A stretch of 24,542 nt of DNA. It comes from an uncultured Deinococcales bacterium. GTDB lineage: Bacteria; Deinococcota; Deinococci; Deinococcales; JAAFIG01. The notes below the pieces were generated by a model. It was given only the letters and a program-made list of their open reading frames with translations. It searched no databases and was not told the origin of the DNA. The DNA is taken from NCBI GenBank assembly GCA_964247135.1, contig CAXTTL010000031.1:1-24542 (forward strand), given 5' to 3'. Position numbers and translations under genes: made by a program. Below, one piece after another: positions 1 to 8,905 of this stretch (positions within the stretch are counted from its first letter, which is position 1; every line of letters starts with the position of its first letter).

Positions 1-1
1 C

Positions 2-1060
2 GTAGATTGGCGACCAATCGAATCTAATCAACAATCAGCTAATATGAATAATGGTGTGGCAGAACCTGCTGGTGGATTGCTTGCAAATACCGCCAGTCAA
101 CAAAGTGCCCGTTTTAACGTGCGCTTTGATGGCGATTTTTGTAAAGTTCAAATTGTAGGCAAAGTTGTTTATGTTGAACGAGACAACAACGGAACAGGTG
201 CTGTTGTCAAATCCGGCATAGCAAATGTCAACCTCGTTTCAGGTAATAAACTCTGTGTTGGAACCTGCCCTGCAACGTTCGGCACATCAACTCCAAACCT
301 CAACATTGCTCCCATTACGCCCAGCAACTTCGCAGGAAGCATCAACTTCCCACAAGGTATCACAACAGCAACAGCATATGCCTTTGTGCGCTTCCAAGAT
401 CAGCCTGCTGATGTTCCAGCTTACTTTCCAATTGATGCCCAAGTTGTACAAAGCACAAATCCTGTGTTTGATCTCAAAGTTGCAGTCTTCAATGATCCTA
501 AATTGTCATACCGTGTTGGTATCATCGCAACCGTTCCTGGTGGCAAAATCAATTGGATTCACTCTGACATCACAGCTCCTGGAAAAAATGATTTCGTCCT
601 GAACCTTCCAAGCCTTGGAGATACAGTTTCACCACCTATCGGACAACTTCTTGATAACAGTGGGACTGGAGCACCATTCCCAACTTTCCAACAACGCCAA
701 GTTACGGGTTCAAATATTTACTTCCGCTCGTTTCTCACTGCTGGCGCAACAAACCTCTGGTTGGCGGGTTCACCACTTACTGATTTCAAATTCCCCCAGA
801 TTGCTACACCTGCAACCCTTTCTTATCAACAACGCTTTGATTGGTTTGCAATCAACTCCCTTACATACCGTGATGCAAACACCACGAATGCCTCGGATAT
901 TGCACTCGGATTAAATGCTGTTGCAGGTCGTGCTTATGGTTTGTTCCGCAATTTGTACGGTTTGTGGACATACACCGATCCAGATCTAGTTGCTCAAGGT
1001 TCTATTAATGCAACGGCAACGAACACATGTATCATTGCACCTAGCCAATCTTGCCCATAG
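2..1060 (+). CDS. Hypothetical protein, 5'-truncated; possibly secreted or surface beta-rich protein
   Basis: Frame is open from base 2 (VDWRPIESNQQSANM...), so the gene probably starts before the window. Rich in Asn/Thr/Pro/Gly with Cys pairs, followed by a strong terminator. No family recognised. Confidence 0.75.
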   Translation, partial: VDWRPIESNQQSANMNNGVAEPAGGLLANTASQQSARFNVRFDGDFCKVQIVGKVVYVERDNNGTGAVVKSGIANVNLVSGNKLCVGTCPATFGTSTPNLNIAPITPSNFAGSINFPQGITTATAYAFVRFQDQPADVPAYFPIDAQVVQSTNPVFDLKVAVFNDPKLSYRVGIIATVPGGKINWIHSDITAPGKNDFVLNLPSLGDTVSPPIGQLLDNSGTGAPFPTFQQRQVTGSNIYFRSFLTAGATNLWLAGSPLTDFKFPQIATPATLSYQQRFDWFAINSLTYRDANTTNASDIALGLNAVAGRAYGLFRNLYGLWTYTDPDLVAQGSINATATNTCIIAPSQSCP

Positions 1061-1088
1061 TCCAGGTTGATTCGTTTAAATTGTAATT

Positions 1089-1124
1089 CTCGAGCCTCAG
1101 AAATTTCTGAGGCTCGAGTTTTTT
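1089..1124 (+). terminator. Rho-independent terminator
   Basis: Perfect 30-bp palindrome CTCGAGCCTCAGAAA/TTTCTGAGGCTCGAG (1089-1118) followed by T6, just after the stop at 1060. Confidence 0.85.
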
Positions 1125-1159
1125 ATTGCTTGCGGTATCATGCGTTATCGGAGGTGCTT

Positions 1160-1713
1160 ATGACTTGGCAAGAGGTGCTCGAGCGTAAAGAATTGCAGGA
1201 TTTGCCATTTAAGATCGAACTCAACGAAAAGGGAAAGGTCGAAAAGAGTCCAGCGACGAATATACACGGCTACTTACAAAGTGAAATTGCTGGATTGTTA
1301 CGTGATTTTTTGAAACGAAAAGGTCAAGTGGCGACAGAATGTAGTGTTCTCACAAGTGAAGGCGTCAAAGTTGCGGATGTGGCTTGGACCTCCAAAGAAT
1401 TTCGGGAAGAGTTTGGAAGTGTCACCCCGTTTCCGTATGCGCCAGAAATTTGTGTCGAAATCATCAGCCTCTCCAACTGCGCGACCATGCCCGAAGCGAT
1501 TCTGCCCGTCAGGTGCATGTTTAGAATCAAGAAGGTGCGTTTTATGGTCAAGAAACCAAAGAAATTCTCGAGAAAATTGGTTTGTACATTGCGGCTGGCG
1601 CAAGGGAAGTTTGGACTTGCAATCTCGAGGGTGAAATGCGTTTTTATGACGCTGAGGGTGCGGTGTTGCATTCAAGTCGCGTTCCCGAATTTCCAAAAGT
1701 CGTGACTTGGTAG
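1160..1713 (+). pseudogene. Uma2-family (PD-(D/E)xK) endonuclease disrupted by a 74-bp insertion
   Basis: GGAGG RBS then MTWQEV...LPFKIELN...H...VKVADVAW...APEICVEIISLSNC. The C-terminal half TKEILEKIGLYIAAGAREVW...PKVVTW* resumes in another frame at 1555. Removing 1481-1554 restores one frame. Confidence 0.85.
1481..1554. mobile_element. Miniature inserted element, long (74-bp) form
   Basis: Starts GCGACCATGC and ends AGGTGCGTTTTATGGTCAAGAA, both identical to the copy at 8906-8941. Frameshifts the Uma2 gene. Confidence 0.75.
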
Positions 1714-1808
1714 GCTCGAGTTACCTAAAACACGATTGAAACCCTGGCTCAGGTGTTAGGCTAAGAACACCATGCGATACATGAACTTCTTTCTGTCAAG
1801 AATTTTTC

Positions 1809-2702
1809 ATGGTGAAGACCGTGTTTAACTTCGTGCGTCGCGCCTGGAATCAGAACATCACGGCGAGTGACCTCGAGCGGGCATTGAATCAACTTGGAAT
1901 CAATCAGCACCGTGATCTGGTGGCGCACTCGAGTTTGTCGGCGTTCGGCTTTGTGCAGGGCGGAGCGCCAACGGTGATTGACGTTTTGCAGCGCAACGCA
2001 CGAACGGTGGTGATGCCTGCGTTCACCTATTACACGCTGGTTTGGCCCGCACACAAGAAATCTGGCGACTGGCCCGCCTTCCCACCTGCCGACGGTCCGA
2101 CCTGGCGTCCAGATTCGCCGGTCAGCCACGACATCGGGCGCATTCCGCAGCAGTACCTCGAGTTCTATCAGGCGGTGCGTTCGCACCATCCGGCTTTAAG
2201 TTTTGCCTCGCTTGGCTTGAACACCAATCAGATTTTATCCTCGCAAACTTTGGAGCGTCCTTATGCACCGATTGGGGTGTTGTACGCGCTCGATGCGGAC
2301 ATTGTGCTTTTGGGGGTCGATCACCGCTCCAACACCACGATTCATTACGGCGAGTATTTGGCGGGTCGTCCGATGCTCGAGCGTTACGCCTATTTTCGAG
2401 GGGCGCTGGCGCGAACATTTTTCCCAAATTGCAGCGCGGCGTTTAACGCCATTCAGGGACATTTAAGCTCGCTTGAGGTGGTGGGTGTTGGTAAAACCCA
2501 GGTTCAGCGCATGAGTGTGCGCGATGTGGTGGACACCACCGTTAAGATGCTGGCGCGTGACCCCGAGGCGATGCTGTGCAGTTACAACGGTTGCCGTTGC
2601 CAGCATGTGCGTGACAAAATTCGTAAAAGTGGCGTGCGCTCAACCCAAGACTCTTTGCTCGAGCAAGCCCATGCGCTCAGTGGACTGCGTCGCTCGAGCT
2701 GA
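1809..2702 (+). CDS. AAC(3)/YokD-family N-acetyltransferase
   Basis: Motifs LVAHSSLSAFG, VVMPAFT, RSHHPALSF, LLGVDHRSNTTIHYGE of the Antibiotic_NAT family. True start may be GTG 1821 (GGTGA upstream). Confidence 0.85.
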   Translation: MVKTVFNFVRRAWNQNITASDLERALNQLGINQHRDLVAHSSLSAFGFVQGGAPTVIDVLQRNARTVVMPAFTYYTLVWPAHKKSGDWPAFPPADGPTWRPDSPVSHDIGRIPQQYLEFYQAVRSHHPALSFASLGLNTNQILSSQTLERPYAPIGVLYALDADIVLLGVDHRSNTTIHYGEYLAGRPMLERYAYFRGALARTFFPNCSAAFNAIQGHLSSLEVVGVGKTQVQRMSVRDVVDTTVKMLARDPEAMLCSYNGCRCQHVRDKIRKSGVRSTQDSLLEQAHALSGLRRSS

Positions 2703-3723
2703 CGGGCGCGACGGCGGGTTTGGTGCCTGGGGCTTCTTTGGCTTCGCTCGAGTGTCCTGGTTCAAATTTGAGGTCTGGATTGGCGATCACGGCGGCTTGA
2801 TTGGCGGCGATGGCGGCTTCCCCGTAACCGGTGGCAATCAGTTTGAGTTTGCCTGGAAACACGCAAATGTCGCCGCAGGCAAACACGCCTTTGATGTTGG
2901 TTTCCATCATATTGTTGACTTTGATGCGGTTGCCTTCAAGCTCGAGTCCCCAATCGGCAATCGGTCCGAGTTTTGACAAATAACCGACCATCGAGACGAT
3001 TTCGTCTATTTCCAGGGTTTGCTCAGCTTTGCTGCTCGAGTGGTAAATCACCACCCGTTCGACGTGGTTGGTACCTTCGACCCGAGCGACCTCAAACGGT
3101 GTAAAAATCTGAACTTCACCGCGTTCTGAGGCGGCAATCATTTGGTTGGTGGTGGCGGCGTGCGCCCTGAAGCTGTCGCGGCGGTGAATCAGGCTGACGC
3201 TTTTTGCCACGTCTTTGAGCATCAACACCCAGTCCACGGCGCTGTCGCCGCCGCCGACGACCAAGACGCGCTTATTTCGGTAAAACTCTAGGTTTTTGAC
3301 GGCGTAGGCGATGCCTTTGTTTTCAAATTCGGTCACGCCAGGGGCGACCAGTTTTCGCGGCTCGAATGCGCCGACGCCGCCAGCGATGATGATTGAGCTG
3401 GCTTCAAAACGCACACCCTTGTCGGTGGTGAGCGCAAATCCAGATTCGATCTGCTCAAGTTTGTCGGCGCGTGCCCCAAGGCTGTAGACGGGATGAAACG
3501 GCTCGAGTTGCTGCACCTGGTTGGTGACCAGTTCTTTGGCGCGAATCTTGGGATAGCCCGCCACGTCGTAAATGTATTTTTCGGGATACAGTGCCGTCAG
3601 TTGACCGCCTGGTTCGGGCAGCGCATCGAGCAGACGCATCGATAAGTCTCGCATTCCAACGTAAAACGCGGCGAACAAGCCTACGGGACCAGCTCCAACG
3701 ATCAACACGTCTGTCTTGGGCAT
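2677..3723 (-). CDS. Ferredoxin-NADP+ reductase, thioredoxin-reductase-like (YumC type)
   Basis: GAGPVG FAD motif, GGQLTALYPEKYIYDVAG, GGGDSAVDW NADPH motif, HRRDSFRAH, GKLKLIATGYGEA. No CxxC pair. Confidence 0.88.
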   Translation of the reverse strand: MPKTDVLIVGAGPVGLFAAFYVGMRDLSMRLLDALPEPGGQLTALYPEKYIYDVAGYPKIRAKELVTNQVQQLEPFHPVYSLGARADKLEQIESGFALTTDKGVRFEASSIIIAGGVGAFEPRKLVAPGVTEFENKGIAYAVKNLEFYRNKRVLVVGGGDSAVDWVLMLKDVAKSVSLIHRRDSFRAHAATTNQMIAASERGEVQIFTPFEVARVEGTNHVERVVIYHSSSKAEQTLEIDEIVSMVGYLSKLGPIADWGLELEGNRIKVNNMMETNIKGVFACGDICVFPGKLKLIATGYGEAAIAANQAAVIANPDLKFEPGHSSEAKEAPGTKPAVAPVSSSDAVH

Positions 3724-3937
3724 ATCTTAAATTATCACGTTGTCATGTAAACAAGCGTCCCTTTTCACTCGAGCGGTGACAGGGCTGGAACAAAGTGGGT
3801 CCTTGAGTTTAAAGTTCATGATTTCTCACAAGCAAAAATTATAATTCTCCCGTGAAACTCGAGTCTTTTTTGATGATCCAGCGTCGATTCTCGAGCGTTA
3901 CAAATCCCTTTTGTACCGTGAAACCGTGAGGAATTCT

Positions 3938-5653
3938 GTGCTGAAATTGCTCGTTTCAATTGGCTTGGCTGGCGTGTTGTTCGGTGTTCTCATTCCCAAG
4001 ATTCTCGAGCGAGAAACGCCCAATAGTATTTTTCGGGCAACAGGAATTGCTCAAACCCCGCCAGATGCGCCAAAACCCTCGAGCGCCAGCGTTTCGTTTG
4101 GGGCTTCGGGAACTCGGTCTGAGGGTTTGGAGCAGGTCAAACCAGCCACGCTCGAGAATGCCGTGAAAAATGCTCCAACCCTGAAAAAACCTCGAGTTAT
4201 CATTTCCGGCAAACAGGTCACACCCGTTCGTCAATTGCGGGCGCTATGGGTCGATGCCTTTGGACCAGGTTTTAAAACGCCAAAAGAAGTCGATAAACTC
4301 GTGGCTGACGCTCGAGCTTTGCATTTGAACGCGCTGTTCGTTCAAGTCGGACGGCGCATGGATTGTTATTGTAACCTTGCCAGCGTGCCGCGCAGCGCCG
4401 ATCCGAAACTCGCGCCAGGTTTTGATGCGCTCGAGGATGTGATCGCAAAGGCGCACAAGGTTGGCATTCAAGTTCATGCCTGGATGATCACCACGGCGGC
4501 ATTTAACAACACCGAACCGGCGATTGCGCCGAACCACGTCATGAACTTGCACGGTTTAAAAGCCACGGGGCGCGATTACTGGTTGACCACCCGAAAAGAC
4601 GGTGACGCCAGCGCGGGCAAAGATTATGTGCTCGATGTCGGGCATCCCGATGTGGCGGATTATATTGCCGCGATGTACTCGAGCATCGTCGAAAATTATG
4701 ATGTGGACGGGATTCAATTTGATCGCGTGCGTTACCCTGACAACGGTGTGCCGCCCTACGAACCAATTTGGGGGTACAATCCGACGGCGCTCGAGGCGTT
4801 CAAGGCTTTTTCTGGACGAACCGACACGCCCAGAAATACGGACTTGGACTGGGCGCAGTGGCGGCGCAATCAAATCACGAACCTGGTGAAGCGCGTGTAC
4901 TTAAGCGTCAAAGCGATCCGACCGAGCGTTTGGGTTTCGGCGGCGACCATCACCTATAAAGAAGCCCCAAACACGCTCGAGGAATTTGAAAAAACCCGAA
5001 CCTATGCCGAGGTTTTGCAAGATTGGGCGTCTTGGATGCAGTCAGGAATCTTGGATTTGAACATTCCCATGAATTACAAACGCGAGAGCATCAAAGAACA
5101 GGTGGCATGGTTTGACGGTTGGAACCGCTTTGCGGTGCAAACCAAAGCGGGTGGCACCGTGGCGACGGGTACGGCAATTTACATCAACTCGCAAACGCAA
5201 AGCTTGAATCAATTAAAGCGCTCACTGCAATTGCCTGGGATTTCGGGTTGGGTCGGGTATTCGTACCGCACGCCAGACCAGGCGACCTTTGATGGTCGTA
5301 AAACTGGCGCAAAGGCGCTCGAGGAACTACAGGCAAAACTGACCGCCAGGTCGGGCGCATTTGCCCTCAATTCGTCTTGGGGAACCGCACCTGTGGGCAA
5401 CTTGGCGGGAGTGATTGGACGCGTCACCCAAAACGGTCTTGGGCTTGCCAACCAAACCGTGACGCTCGAGGACGCGGCAGGGCATCAAACTGAGTTGGTG
5501 ACCGATTCGGGCGGCTATTACGGCGTCCCAAACCTGAAAACCATTGGACTCGCGCTCGGGGTGCTGAAACTCAAAACCGCAGATGTCGAGGCGCAGCTCG
5601 AGGTGAAACCTGAAATGGTGGCAATTGCCCCCGAACTTCAATTGCCGCAATAA
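3938..5653 (+). CDS. Glycoside hydrolase-like family 10 (GHL10/DUF187, DigH/YddW-like) with N-terminal membrane anchor
   Basis: LRALWV, NALFVQV, GIQVHAW, YDVDGIQFDRVRYP, WAQWRRNQIT, QDWASW, IPMNY. GTG start after GAGGA (track start 3911). Confidence 0.85.
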   Translation: MLKLLVSIGLAGVLFGVLIPKILERETPNSIFRATGIAQTPPDAPKPSSASVSFGASGTRSEGLEQVKPATLENAVKNAPTLKKPRVIISGKQVTPVRQLRALWVDAFGPGFKTPKEVDKLVADARALHLNALFVQVGRRMDCYCNLASVPRSADPKLAPGFDALEDVIAKAHKVGIQVHAWMITTAAFNNTEPAIAPNHVMNLHGLKATGRDYWLTTRKDGDASAGKDYVLDVGHPDVADYIAAMYSSIVENYDVDGIQFDRVRYPDNGVPPYEPIWGYNPTALEAFKAFSGRTDTPRNTDLDWAQWRRNQITNLVKRVYLSVKAIRPSVWVSAATITYKEAPNTLEEFEKTRTYAEVLQDWASWMQSGILDLNIPMNYKRESIKEQVAWFDGWNRFAVQTKAGGTVATGTAIYINSQTQSLNQLKRSLQLPGISGWVGYSYRTPDQATFDGRKTGAKALEELQAKLTARSGAFALNSSWGTAPVGNLAGVIGRVTQNGLGLANQTVTLEDAAGHQTELVTDSGGYYGVPNLKTIGLALGVLKLKTADVEAQLEVKPEMVAIAPELQLPQ

Positions 5654-5660
5654 ATTCGCG

Positions 5661-5709
5661 CTATCATTGATGTCAGTCAGACAATCTATCATGGTGTCAG
5701 TCAGACAAT
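5661..5709. repeat. Tandem 25/24-bp direct repeat, candidate operator pair
   Basis: CTATCATTGATGTCAGTCAGACAAT followed by CTATCATGGTGTCAGTCAGACAAT; each contains the dyad TGTC-N5-GACA. Confidence 0.8.
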
Positions 5710-5767
5710 TCTTTGGCGTTGCGCTTTGCAGCCTGCATTGATCATTTTGCAAGTTGGCTTACAAAAT

Positions 5768-5797
5768 TTGACGATTCGTAGACAAATAGGTGATAAT
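5768..5797 (+). promoter_or_regulatory. Putative sigma70-type promoter of the ABC/catabolic operon
   Basis: TTGACG-18 nt-GATAAT about 90 nt upstream of the first gene. Confidence 0.45.
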
Positions 5798-5885
5798 CGT
5801 GCAAGTTGTTCGCATCAAGTTTAACTTTTGATTGGTTTTTTAAGTACACCCTGCATCAGTTCGAGTTTCACTTCGGAGGCGCAAC

Positions 5886-6686
5886 TTGATGACTGCCGAT
5901 CCAATTCGTGATATTGAACTTCAAATACCTGACGCAAAGCGTTTGGTGCAGGTTAAGGATGTCAACAAGCGTTACGGCAACGGAACATTGGCGCTCGAGG
6001 GCATCAATTTGGAGGTGCGTGAGGGCGAATTTATCTCCTTGGTCGGTCCGAGCGGTTGCGGCAAAAGTACGTTATTGCGGATTATTGCAGGCTTGGGCGA
6101 TGTGAGCGATGGACTGGTGACGGTTAACAACGCCGCCCCAACCGGCGTTCAAGCCAGGGGTTCGACGGCATTCGTTTTCCAGGAAGCCACACTTTTACCC
6201 TGGCGACCCGTGCGTGCCAACGTCGAATTGCCGCTCGAGTTGCATGGCGTGCCAAAAGCCAATTGGAAATCGGTGGTGGATGAAACCCTCGAGCTGGTGG
6301 GCTTGAGCAAATTTGACAAAGCCTTCCCGCGCGAACTCTCAGGCGGCATGAGGATGCGCGTCAGCATTGCGCGGGCGCTGATTACCAAACCAAAATTATT
6401 ACTCATGGACGAACCCTTTGGGGCGCTGGATGAGATCACCCGCCAAAAACTCAACAGCGATTTGCTGCGTTTAAAAGACATTATTGGTGCAACCGTTATT
6501 TTTGTCACCCACAACGTTTTTGAAGCCGTCTTTCTCTCGAGCCGAATTGCCATCATGAGCGCCCGCCCTGGCAGGTTCGTGTGTGAGGTTGCGGTGAACG
6601 CGCCTTACCCTCGAGATGCCACTTTTAGAGGTTCGCCAGAGTTTGGTCAAGCCGTAATGGAAACAGTCGAGTCCCTCGAGCATTAG
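5886..6686 (+). CDS. NitT/TauT-family ABC transporter ATP-binding protein
   Basis: Walker A GPSGCGKST, VFQEATLLPW, signature LSGGM, Walker B LLMDEPFGALD, FVTHN. Confidence 0.93.
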   Translation: MMTADPIRDIELQIPDAKRLVQVKDVNKRYGNGTLALEGINLEVREGEFISLVGPSGCGKSTLLRIIAGLGDVSDGLVTVNNAAPTGVQARGSTAFVFQEATLLPWRPVRANVELPLELHGVPKANWKSVVDETLELVGLSKFDKAFPRELSGGMRMRVSIARALITKPKLLLMDEPFGALDEITRQKLNSDLLRLKDIIGATVIFVTHNVFEAVFLSSRIAIMSARPGRFVCEVAVNAPYPRDATFRGSPEFGQAVMETVESLEH

Positions 6687-6801
6687 CAGGTGTTATGAAG
6701 TCCGCTTCTCGAGCAATTATCGATAAATCGAAGTGTTTTTAGCTATTTGCTTACGCTCAAGACTCAAGATTTCTTGATGAATGGGCACTGAGGAGAAATC
6801 A

Positions 6802-7644
6802 ATGGCAGTCCAAAAAGTCAGTGTCCTGTCCACAACCAGCTCCGAACCCAGTGCCATCGCCAAATGGTTCTCTAGGTCGCTACCGCCCATATCAGCACTG
6901 GTGATCTTTTTGTTGCTTTGGCAGGCAATCATCATGGTTTCTGGTTTGAAACGCTTTGTCTTGCCCAGTCCAATCGATGTCGTTCAATCGTTCATCGAAA
7001 AATCGCCCGAATTGCTCGACGCCGCCGGTTTTACCTTGCGAAGCTCGAGCATCGCCTTTGTGTTGGTGATCTTTTTGGGAACGGTGGTTTCGTTCGTGCT
7101 GGCTTCAAACAAATTGATCGAAAAAGCGCTGTACCCGTATGCGGTCATGCTGCAAAGCACCCCCGTAATTGCCCTCGCCCCAATCATTATCATTTGGTTT
7201 GGACTGGGCTTGGGCAGCATTGTGGTCATCAGCGTGATCATTGCTATTTTTGCGGTGGTCGCCAACACCACGCAGGGTTTAATCAGCGTCGAGAACAATT
7301 TGCAAAACCTGTTTAAACTCTACGGAGCCTCGAGCAACCAAACACTTTTAAAACTTCGCTTACCGTTTGCCCTGCCCTACATGGTCACCGGTTGGCGCAT
7401 CGCCAGCGCCCAGGTCGTTATTGGCAGCATCGTCGGTGAGTACATGGCAGGCGCGGGCGGCGGTGGACAGGGCGGCTTGGGTTTGGTAATTGCCGCCTCG
7501 AGCGCCAGGTTACAAACCTCGTACCTGTTCGCCTCGGCATTGACTTCAGCATTGATCGGCGTCGGTTTTTTCTTGCTGGTCAATTTTATTGGACATTTGC
7601 TCTTGCGAAACTGGCACGAAAGCGCGGTTCAACACGAAAACTAG
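6802..7644 (+). CDS. NitT/TauT-family ABC transporter permease
   Basis: LPSP motif, several TM helices, EAA-like LFKLYGASSNQTLLKLRLPFALPY, IVGEY. GAGGAG RBS before ATG 6802. Confidence 0.92.
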   Translation: MAVQKVSVLSTTSSEPSAIAKWFSRSLPPISALVIFLLLWQAIIMVSGLKRFVLPSPIDVVQSFIEKSPELLDAAGFTLRSSSIAFVLVIFLGTVVSFVLASNKLIEKALYPYAVMLQSTPVIALAPIIIIWFGLGLGSIVVISVIIAIFAVVANTTQGLISVENNLQNLFKLYGASSNQTLLKLRLPFALPYMVTGWRIASAQVVIGSIVGEYMAGAGGGGQGGLGLVIAASSARLQTSYLFASALTSALIGVGFFLLVNFIGHLLLRNWHESAVQHEN

Positions 7645-7686
7645 GGTTACTCGAGATTCTATTGTTTATTCAAGAGGGGGAACATT

Positions 7687-8664
7687 ATGAAGAAGTCGGC
7701 TCAGATCGCGTTGCTCGCCACAGGAATTTTCAGCGTGACAGGCTTGCTTGCTGTGGGGCAAGCCCAAACCAAACCCGAAGTCACGATGGTGCTCGACTGG
7801 TTTGTCGAACCACCGCACGGCGGTTTTTACGCTGCCGTTCAAGACGGTCTGTACGAGGCGAAAGGCGTCAAAGTCAACCTCGTGCCAGGTGGTCCAACCA
7901 TTGCGGGTTATTCGCTCTTGGGTTCGGGCAAAGTCGAATTTGCCATGACCGATTCGGCTGGAATGCTGAGCGCCAGGGAAGAGGGTGTGCCGCTGGTCGG
8001 CGTGTTTGCCAACTTCCAACTCTCGCCACAAGTCCTGATGTATCACAAGTCCAACCCCGTCAAAAGCTTCAAAGACCTGGCGGGTCGCCAGGTCGCAGTG
8101 ACGCCAGGCGCACCGTACTGGGATTACATCATGGCAAAATACAACCTGAGGGGCAAAGTCCAACAGGTCAATTACTCTGGGCAGCAAGCCACGTTCTTAA
8201 ACGACGAAAAACTGGTTTCCCAAGGATACGCCGTCGCCGAACCCTACACGCTCGAGAAAGCCGGCGCGGACATTGGTTACCTGCTGGTCGGAGACAGCGG
8301 TTTTAGCCCTTACGGCATGATTGCCACCACCGAAGATTACATCAAGAAAAACCCAACCATCGTCAAAGCCGTGGTCGAAGCCACCCAGGAAGGCTGGGCG
8401 CGTTACATCGCCAACCCCGCCAAGTACGGCGGCAGTCTCAAAGCTGCCAACAAGGACCTCGAGCCTGACTTCCTGGACTGGAGCGGCAAAGCCGTGATTC
8501 CGTTCGTAACCGGTAAAAACGACGACACCAAAAAGCATGGTCTGGGATACATGAGTGCCAGCCGATGGACTGCGATGTACAAAGCCTTGCGTCAAGTGGG
8601 CGTTTTAACCAAAGACCAAGACCCGAAAAAAGCCTTCACCATGAAGTTCTTGCCAAAACCATAA
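7687..8664 (+). CDS. ABC substrate-binding protein, NMT1/THI5-like
   Basis: Signal peptide, LDWFVEPPHGGFYAAVQDGLY, PGGP, W-type pyrimidine/thiamine-precursor binding family signature. Confidence 0.88.
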   Translation: MKKSAQIALLATGIFSVTGLLAVGQAQTKPEVTMVLDWFVEPPHGGFYAAVQDGLYEAKGVKVNLVPGGPTIAGYSLLGSGKVEFAMTDSAGMLSAREEGVPLVGVFANFQLSPQVLMYHKSNPVKSFKDLAGRQVAVTPGAPYWDYIMAKYNLRGKVQQVNYSGQQATFLNDEKLVSQGYAVAEPYTLEKAGADIGYLLVGDSGFSPYGMIATTEDYIKKNPTIVKAVVEATQEGWARYIANPAKYGGSLKAANKDLEPDFLDWSGKAVIPFVTGKNDDTKKHGLGYMSASRWTAMYKALRQVGVLTKDQDPKKAFTMKFLPKP

Positions 8665-8750
8665 CCTGAGGCTCGAGCGAGATAGAAAAGCAAAATCGCT
8701 GACCAATTCATTTTTCTTTGACAGACACAAGAATCAGCGATTGCTCTTTT

Positions 8751-8790
8751 CCCCTCTCATCCCAACCCTTCTCTCCAAGGAGAGAAGGGA
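8751..8790. repeat. Palindromic intergenic repeat (CCCTCTC...GGAGAGAAGGG type)
   Basis: CCCTTCTCTCC-AA-GGAGAGAAGGG perfect 11-bp stem (8766-8789), preceded by CCCCTCTCATCCCAA. Confidence 0.6.
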
Positions 8791-8905
8791 GTTTAGGTCA
8801 TTTACATGTGCAGCTCAAGGATTACTCCATTTCGTTTTCTGGCAATAGTTCGGAATATTTTTGTTCCTTCATGCCTGTTAATTATTTTGCGGTTGTAGGG
8901 GCGCT

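Noticed and set aside
1478-1554. Group II intron remnant or CRISPR repeat as the identity of the insertion
   Set aside because: GTGCG occurs only internally with no domain V/VI-like end; there is no repeat-spacer array or cas gene despite the 36-bp unit length.
1067-1705. 212-aa ORF as an intact gene
   Set aside because: Its N-terminus reads through a terminator, and after ISLSNC it reads the insertion and an off-frame tail; the real product is a split Uma2.
5661-5709. Mini CRISPR array
   Set aside because: The two units abut with no spacer and no cas genes are nearby.
5798-5885. TPP, FMN or purine riboswitch ahead of the NMT1/THI5-type transporter
   Set aside because: No conserved aptamer motifs seen by eye; an Rfam covariance search would be decisive.
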